A stretch of DNA of 64,000 nt. Source: Octopus sinensis (Eukaryota). The DNA is taken from NCBI RefSeq assembly GCF_006345805.1, contig NC_042998.1, positions 78,120,001 to 78,184,000 on the forward strand, read 5' to 3'. Below the pieces are notes generated by a model, which had not been told where the DNA came from, ran no database searches, and saw only the letters and a program-made list of their open reading frames with translations. Positions within the stretch are counted from its first letter, which is position 1. The number at the start of each line of letters is the position of its first letter. Position numbers and translations under genes: made by a program. Shown here piece by piece: positions 57,255 through 64,000 of this stretch.

Positions 57255-57930
57255 ATATATTCAGTGAAGTTCCTAAATGTGCTGAATTGCGACTCTGAAA
57301 TAAATGTTCGACTGAGGAAGAGATATATATATATATGTCGTTGAGTGCATGTATCTACGTGGGTGTATAATTACAAACTTTTTCTATTGTTCTTAAAGCA
57401 GCTTCTAATATATATTTGTGCGGAGCACTCAGCAAATACCTACACACGCACTGTTAGTATGTGTGTATATATGTATGTCTATATATATGTGTGTTTGTGT
57501 GTGTGTGTGTGCATATGTGTGTGTGTGTGTACATATATATATATATGCATTAATACACATATTTATATAAATGTATGTATATGAATATATATATTTATGT
57601 ATATATATATATAAATATGTCTTAATAGATGTAGACACAGACATATACACAGACACGCAAACACACACACACATACTCGCTCACAAACATACACGCACAC
57701 ACACACACAAACACAAACATATATGTATATTTGAACATATATTTTTTTACTTGTTTCAGTCATTTCACTGCGGACATGCTAGAGCACCGCCTTAATACTG
57801 GTATATAAATTTATATACATATGTGCTCATATACACTGGGGCTCATCAACGGAGTGATTGTAATATGTGATGGAGTGTGATGTTTGTGTTGGTGGGACGG
57901 CTTCCATCTGTCAAGATGAAGCAATCATAA

Positions 57931-57984
<54 letters not shown>

Positions 57985-58026
57985 ATTATATAAGTATTTT
58001 TATATATATTATATAAGTATATTGTA

Positions 58027-58121
<95 letters not shown>

Positions 58122-58266
58122 GCATTTTCGTATATAAAATATGTAGATTTATTTGTCAGGGGAGAGTCATTTTGTTTTAATGCCTTATTAATTAACACAC
58201 TCACCGGTTCGATTTCAACTCATTTACTTATTTATTTTTTCTAACTTTTTGTCGTTTCTTGCAACC

Positions 58267-58297
<31 letters not shown>

Positions 58298-58381
58298 ATA
58301 TATACATACACAAATAAATATCATGATATATATGTAAAAATATATATGTATATATATCATATATATGTGTGTGTATGTAAT

Positions 58382-58415
<34 letters not shown>

Positions 58416-58418
<3 letters not shown>

Positions 58419-58825
58419 ATATTAATTAGAGACAAAACCACTATTATGCAAATCAAACAAAGAAAGACTTAATCCAATACATAAAATTTTATATAATTAA
58501 ATATAATTAAGATTAATTAAGATATCCACTACGATCGTTTCTTGTCACTTCAATGGACATTCATCAGGTGGTTTCAAGACCTTATATGCAATTTTGAACT
58601 ATTTAATTTATATAAATTTTGAATTATTTAATTTATATAAATTTTGAATTATTTAATTTATATAAAATTTTTTATGTATTGGATTAAGTCTTTCTTTGTT
58701 TGATTTGCATAATAGTGGTTTTGTCTCTAATTAATATTATATTATATTTTACTATAAAATTGGATTCAATCCTAAATCTTGTTTTTCCCTGTAAATTTGG
58801 ATTTATTCCCTAATATTTATTATTA
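58416..58825. mobile_element. Second copy of the fold-back element at 735-1100
   Basis: Same arm ends (ATTAATT.GAGACAAAACCACTATT) and tail; loop has a triplication of about 24 bp. Confidence 0.85.
58526..58571 (-). ncRNA. Type I minimal hammerhead motif
   Basis: Reverse complement reads CCAC-CUGAUGA-AUGUC..GACAA-GAAAC(GAUC)GUA-GUGG; palindrome ACGATCGT. Confidence 0.8.
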
Positions 58826-59039
58826 TATATATATATATATATCATATATATCATATATATATGTGTGTATGTGTGTGTATTACACACAAGGTACACAATA
58901 TACAGGAAACTTATATATACACCATTCTGCTTAAATAATGGCACTGCAGATTCAGTATCCTTACGTATCTCACGTCTGTTTTCATTCCTCCACTTCACTC
59001 TTTATTTCATACCTTCTCCATGACTAGTACTTAAACATT

Positions 59040-59079
59040 TTAATGATGGGATATATAAAATATCCCGGAAACAGCTGTA
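59040..59079 (+). ncRNA. Decayed hammerhead
   Basis: UUAAUGA-UGGGAUAU(auaaa)AUAUCCCG-GAAAC(AGCU)GUA; 5' core mutated, stem I poor. Confidence 0.4.
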
Positions 59080-59139
59080 AGACCTTCTCGTTATAAATGT
59101 TCTGAAAACTTTCACTGCCTTGGACGTCTTATCCCATTC

Positions 59140-59152
59140 TATTAATTTATAT

Positions 59153-59197
<45 letters not shown>

Positions 59198-59211
59198 CAT
59201 ATATATATACA

Positions 59212-59247
<36 letters not shown>

Positions 59248-59260
59248 CATATATATATAT

Positions 59261-59296
<36 letters not shown>

Positions 59297-59484
59297 GTGT
59301 ATATATATATGTATATATATGTATATATATATATATTACATATAATATATATAAGATATATATATATATATATATACATATATAATACATATATATATAT
59401 ATACATATATATATATAAGTATATATATATATATATATACATATATATATACATATATATATATATACATATAATATATATAAG

Positions 59485-59516
<32 letters not shown>

Positions 59517-59600
59517 CATATCTATATGTATATATATATATATATATAATATATACAATATATAATATGTATATATATATATTACATATATATAATATAA

Positions 59601-59640
<40 letters not shown>

Positions 59641-59723
59641 TATATATATATATGTATATATATATACATATTATATATATATAGTATATATATATATATA
59701 TATACATATATATACATATATAT

Positions 59724-59790
<67 letters not shown>
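59140..59790. repeat. Long (TA)/(TACA) microsatellite
   Basis: Read directly from the sequence. Confidence 0.95.
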
Positions 59791-59793
<3 letters not shown>

Positions 59794-60582
59794 TACCAAT
59801 CGAGCTCTGGTGCCGATATAATCGATATACCTTTCCACCAAACTATCAGGCCTTTTATTTATAGTTTTATATGTTCTTTTGAAGACCAATTTCAAAGAAA
59901 GATATGTGGATGGGAGTGGGCAGATTATATGGATGCATATGTGTATCTTTGTATCTACACGGAAAACGTATACATACATGTATATTGACATAGATGCTCG
60001 TGCACATGCATACATACATGTGTGCTACAAGTTATATTTACAGAGTGTCAGAGTGTCAACAGACAAGTGGAGTCGACGCGGTTAATATAGTTTCTATTGC
60101 ATAATATAATTATTTTTCTCGGCCTTACATACATTCTCATATTTATACACATGTGCACATGAATACAATCTTAACAAAATGGGAATAATTTGAACATAGG
60201 GTTCTATTGAAATACACAAAAGGGGAAATATTATGCATCTTTGAGCATTGGCATTTAAAATTAGCACATTATTAAATATATTTAGAACTGCAAAATATCT
60301 TCCCGCACATATATATCGAATATGTGCGTGTAAGAGTCTGTGTCTGTTTGTGTGTTTGTGTGTTTGTGTGTGTCTGTGAGTGAATGAGTGAGTGAGTGAG
60401 TGAGTGAGAGAGACAGTGAGTGTATGTGTGTGTGTGTGTGTTTGTGTGTATGTGTGTGCGCGTGCGTGTCTGTATGTGTATATGTAAGTATTTGTATGTA
60501 GACGGTAAATATACATTCATACAGATGTAACAGTTTGTCAACAAAACATGCATGATACAGAACATGTTGTATGCTTAACTGA

Positions 60583-60633
<51 letters not shown>

Positions 60634-60776
60634 TGTGTGTGTGTGTATGTTGTGTACGTATGTATACATGTGTGGCTATGGGTGTGTAGGATTGTATGTA
60701 GGTGTGTGTTTGTACGTGTGTATATATATAAATATATGCATGTATATATACATATGTATAAATAAATATATATTTA

Positions 60777-60940
60777 AGCGTAGGAGTGTTTGTGTGGTAA
60801 GTAGCTTGTTTTGCGAACCACATGGTTCCGGCTTCAGTCCAACTGCGTAGCACCTTGGGCCAGTGTCTCCTACTATAGCCTCTGGCCGACCAAAGCCTTG
60901 TGAGTGAATTTGGAAGAGGAAAACTGAAAGAAACCCGCAG
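60777..60940 (+). mobile_element. SINE family B, 5' half
   Basis: GTGTGGTAAGTAGCTTG..CCACATGGTTCCGG..GCCGACCAAAGCCTTGTGAGTG. Confidence 0.8.
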
Positions 60941-60943
60941 TAT

Positions 60944-60989
<46 letters not shown>

Positions 60990-61773
60990 AGGAGAGAGGA
61001 GCGATGGAGAGGGGAGGATAGAGGAGAGGAGTGAGGGAGGGGAAGAGAGAGGGAGAGAGTGAGAGAGGGGAGATGATGAGAGAGAGATAGATAGATAGAT
61101 AGATAGATAGAGATAGATAGATAGATAGATAAATAGATAATAGATAGATAGATAGATAGATAGTGTGTTATTTGGACGAATGAACCCCAGATACCATCGT
61201 TGGAATACTTTATTTTCTCCTAACATGTAGCCCAAAACTCCATTTAATGCCTGTTATTTTCTCTATATCATATTTTAATTTTAAAAAAACGTTTTATCCT
61301 GTTGTTTCTGAGTCACTGTCTTTTGGTACCTTACCATTATTATGTTTATATATCCATGGATATTATTAGTATTCATATATTCTTATATTTTTATCTCTCT
61401 AGTATATCAATTTATGTTTCAACTTGGACAATTCTTATTTTCATCTTAAACCCCTATAAATATATATATGTGTGTGTTAACCGTAGTTTGCTTGATATGA
61501 ACTTTTTCTATTGTATCCATTATACTTATCTAATGCCTTGGGTTCGACTTGAGCACTTCTACTCTGTCTATATGTTTCGAAAGAAAATTATAACTATATA
61601 TATATATATAGCATAATTATAGCATAATTTGTAGTATTTGTTTCCGTGAAAGTTTGGCGCGCTGTTGGTAGGGGCATTTGAATTATAACGTCGGATGTAA
61701 TCAATTGAACCACACGTGTATTTATCGTTATGGTAAAATCTGGCGTGTGATTGAGTGGATTTCATCCAGATAG

Positions 61774-61854
61774 TTTTGGCTGAGGAGCTACAAGTGGATT
61801 TTTTGTAAGTAAAATTACATTTAATTCATTAATAGCGAAACAATTGTCCCAAAA
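61774..61854 (+). ncRNA. Type I hammerhead ribozyme motif, fully canonical
   Basis: UUUUGG-CUGAGGA-GCUA..UAGC-GAAAC(AAUU)GUC-CCAAAA: 6-bp stem I, 4-bp stem II, palindrome ACAATTGT, GUC triplet. Confidence 0.9.
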
Positions 61855-62039
61855 TAATCTGTATTTTTGTTATTTTTTATTTGCCCTGTTCGTGTGAGCT
61901 AACAATCGTACTGACTTTCATGGGAAACATGTATTTTTGTGGTTGAAACCTTTTGGATTAACTAGTGCTAGAGTGAGCCATATAGTGACCACTCTCTTAT
62001 ATTTATTTATTTATATTTATATATATATATTATATATAT

Positions 62040-62079
<40 letters not shown>

Positions 62080-62082
<3 letters not shown>

Positions 62083-62260
62083 ATCCAAACAAGAAAACAC
62101 AGAAAAAAAAAGAGAGAAAAAAACACAGCAACGCGAGGACGTGGAACAATTAAAGTATTATTGACGCTCAGGAAAGAAGGGAAGGAGGGTTTAACGTTTC
62201 GAGCGGAGCTCTTCGTCGGAAACAAGGAGAAGGAAAGATCCCAAGAAGGGAAGACAGAGG
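62080..62260 (-). mobile_element. Short Penelope-derived repeat with ultra-minimal hammerhead (62189-62223)
   Basis: Reverse complement reads GUUU-CCGACGA-A-GAGC(ucc)GCUC-GAAAC-GUU-AAAC; AACGTT palindrome with no loop III. Confidence 0.7.
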
Positions 62261-63192
62261 AAATACACACATACATATATATATATATACATATTTATTT
62301 ATTTATAAAGTGGCCAGCAAGCCGGTTTAAAGAATGGAACCTCGTATCTCTCAAATTCCGTTTAAGCACTCTATACAATAAAGCTAAGCGTAAAGATATT
62401 GAATCAACAGTTCCATTATTTAAACAGAATGGTGTATATACATATCTTATACATAATATATAATTTCACTTTTACTTGTATAATTGTATATATTAACCCC
62501 ATAAATACTTGTGATGTAGTCAGGGCAGAAACCTTTTCAAGTTGCTGAGACCTGATACTAGTACCATTTAAACCGGTATTATCTATTCCATGGTCGAGTG
62601 GTCTGCGACTAATCCGGCCCCGCAACATGGGTAGCTTGTCACTCTCGTGAGGATGATTTTTGGACTAAAAATAAGACGTGTGGAAGGGTAACGATAACCT
62701 TCCGTGCCAACGGCCTTCCAGTTTGGAGAGGTAATGGCAAATCATCCCAGTTTTTCCACCAAAAAGATATGAGAAAGTCAGAACAAAGTAATATTATGGC
62801 TTTATCCAATAGGAAAACTTGCGATTCATCAAAAAGATTTCCTTTGTAGTGTCATCAACTTACTTCAAAAGCGTATGATTCATGACGACGAAGTATTTGC
62901 TATGTATATATAATTACTACAATGTAGATATTTAGTTCAATATCAACAAATGTTCTTACATACGCGCTTTTGATTTTGGCCCCAAATACACCCGAGGTCT
63001 GAGGTATGTAAGGAGAGCGTTAGTCGAGACTCAGCACCCAGGTAATTGATTTATCTGTTAATTTTTCCAACTCAGAAGAATGAAATGTAAAGGTAACTTT
63101 GTCGGTATTTGAATTCGGAATGTAATGAATCTGTATATAATACAATATAATTATTTGTTACATGATTGCGTGTGTGTGTGTGTGTGCGTGCG

Positions 63193-63249
<57 letters not shown>

Positions 63250-63804
63250 TGTTCGTGTAAATATTTGTGCGTTGCACAGTTCTACTTTTTCGGTTCTCTA
63301 TTGACCAGAAGCTGTCATCAGTCTGTATCTAGTAAAAAAGTTATAATGAGACAGCAAGTGATGTGTACCTGTTGCATAAACGCTGTCCGCTGTTAGGGTT
63401 CGGCCGATTTAGGTCAAGGTTTAGATTAGTGATTTTGCATGCTCCTTTGTTCATTCTAGTGGTTGGGTATGCTGTAGTTTTGATTTCGAGTCTAGTGCCT
63501 GTAGTGCAGAGTCCTTAATTTTTTATATATTCATTTTTATGGTTGTATTGCTTCTGTTTTGCGACGTACATTCGATATAATATATGTTTGTTTATAAAGA
63601 GGGTTATTAGTTTTTTTTAACTTCAGTGTATGTTCTTCTATTCATCAGACTGGTGTAGATTCGAGGACAACCACACAAACCTGCAAACGGAACAGGTTTC
63701 GGTTCTAACATAACCTCACCCCAATCCCGGAACACTAACTAACAAAAAACTAACTCTACCCGGTTTACTTAAGGACTGGCCAAACGGATTTTCTCTAAAG
63801 AAGC

Positions 63805-63874
63805 TGCACTGATGATAGTGACAGGATGCATCTGCGAATGCCAGTAGTCCGAGGAGTAGAAACATGTGTAGGTC
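63805..63874 (+). ncRNA. Decayed hammerhead
   Basis: CUGAUGA-UA..UA-GAAAC(AUGU)GUA; ACATGTGT is one CpG transition from ACACGTGT; stems I and II partly broken. Confidence 0.4.
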
Positions 63875-64000
63875 TTTATAATATGCTGTACAAAATTGTA
63901 AAATAAGTGAAAATAAATTTTGAGGATGAACAAGGATGAATAATTATTACTAATATATACATATGAGTGTGTGTGTACGTCCCACCAACGCTTCACAGTC

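Noticed and set aside
62510-62580. CTGATAC..AAACCGGTA hammerhead-like string
   Set aside because: Both core halves are altered and no consistent stem II or stem I can be drawn.

Overview
This is AT-rich, microsatellite-dense metazoan genomic DNA, most likely octopus/cephalopod. That assignment is inferred from recognisable SINE families and repeat content, not from a database search. No intact multi-exon gene can be assembled. The best host-gene evidence is a pair of phase-compatible plus-strand exons at 27100-27153 and 27812-27939 that look like the C-terminal end of a gene; weaker minus-strand exon candidates lie at 30.7-38.3 kb. The rest is a layered transposon graveyard: a near full-length L1/Tx1-clade LINE (about 11.6-16.8 kb); an ORF1-only HAL1-like relative directly upstream, with both nested inside the ORF1 of an older relative; a decayed Gypsy pol; a CR1 3' end; many R4/Dong-like and one HERO-like RLE-LINE fragments; mariner and Merlin-like MITEs; Helitron-like ends; and three to four SINE families. 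There are two stand-out observations. (1) About a dozen type I hammerhead-ribozyme motifs from several Penelope-like lineages are readable directly in the sequence. Six to seven have essentially complete cores and helices, nearly all have a palindromic stem III, and several sit inside fold-back elements. (2) A roughly 45-nt 3' tail is shared by the Tx1-like LINE, the ORF1-only element and one tRNA-SINE subfamily, suggesting a three-tier parasitic system. There is a 100-N assembly gap at 56743-56842. No rRNA, true tRNA or CRISPR was found.
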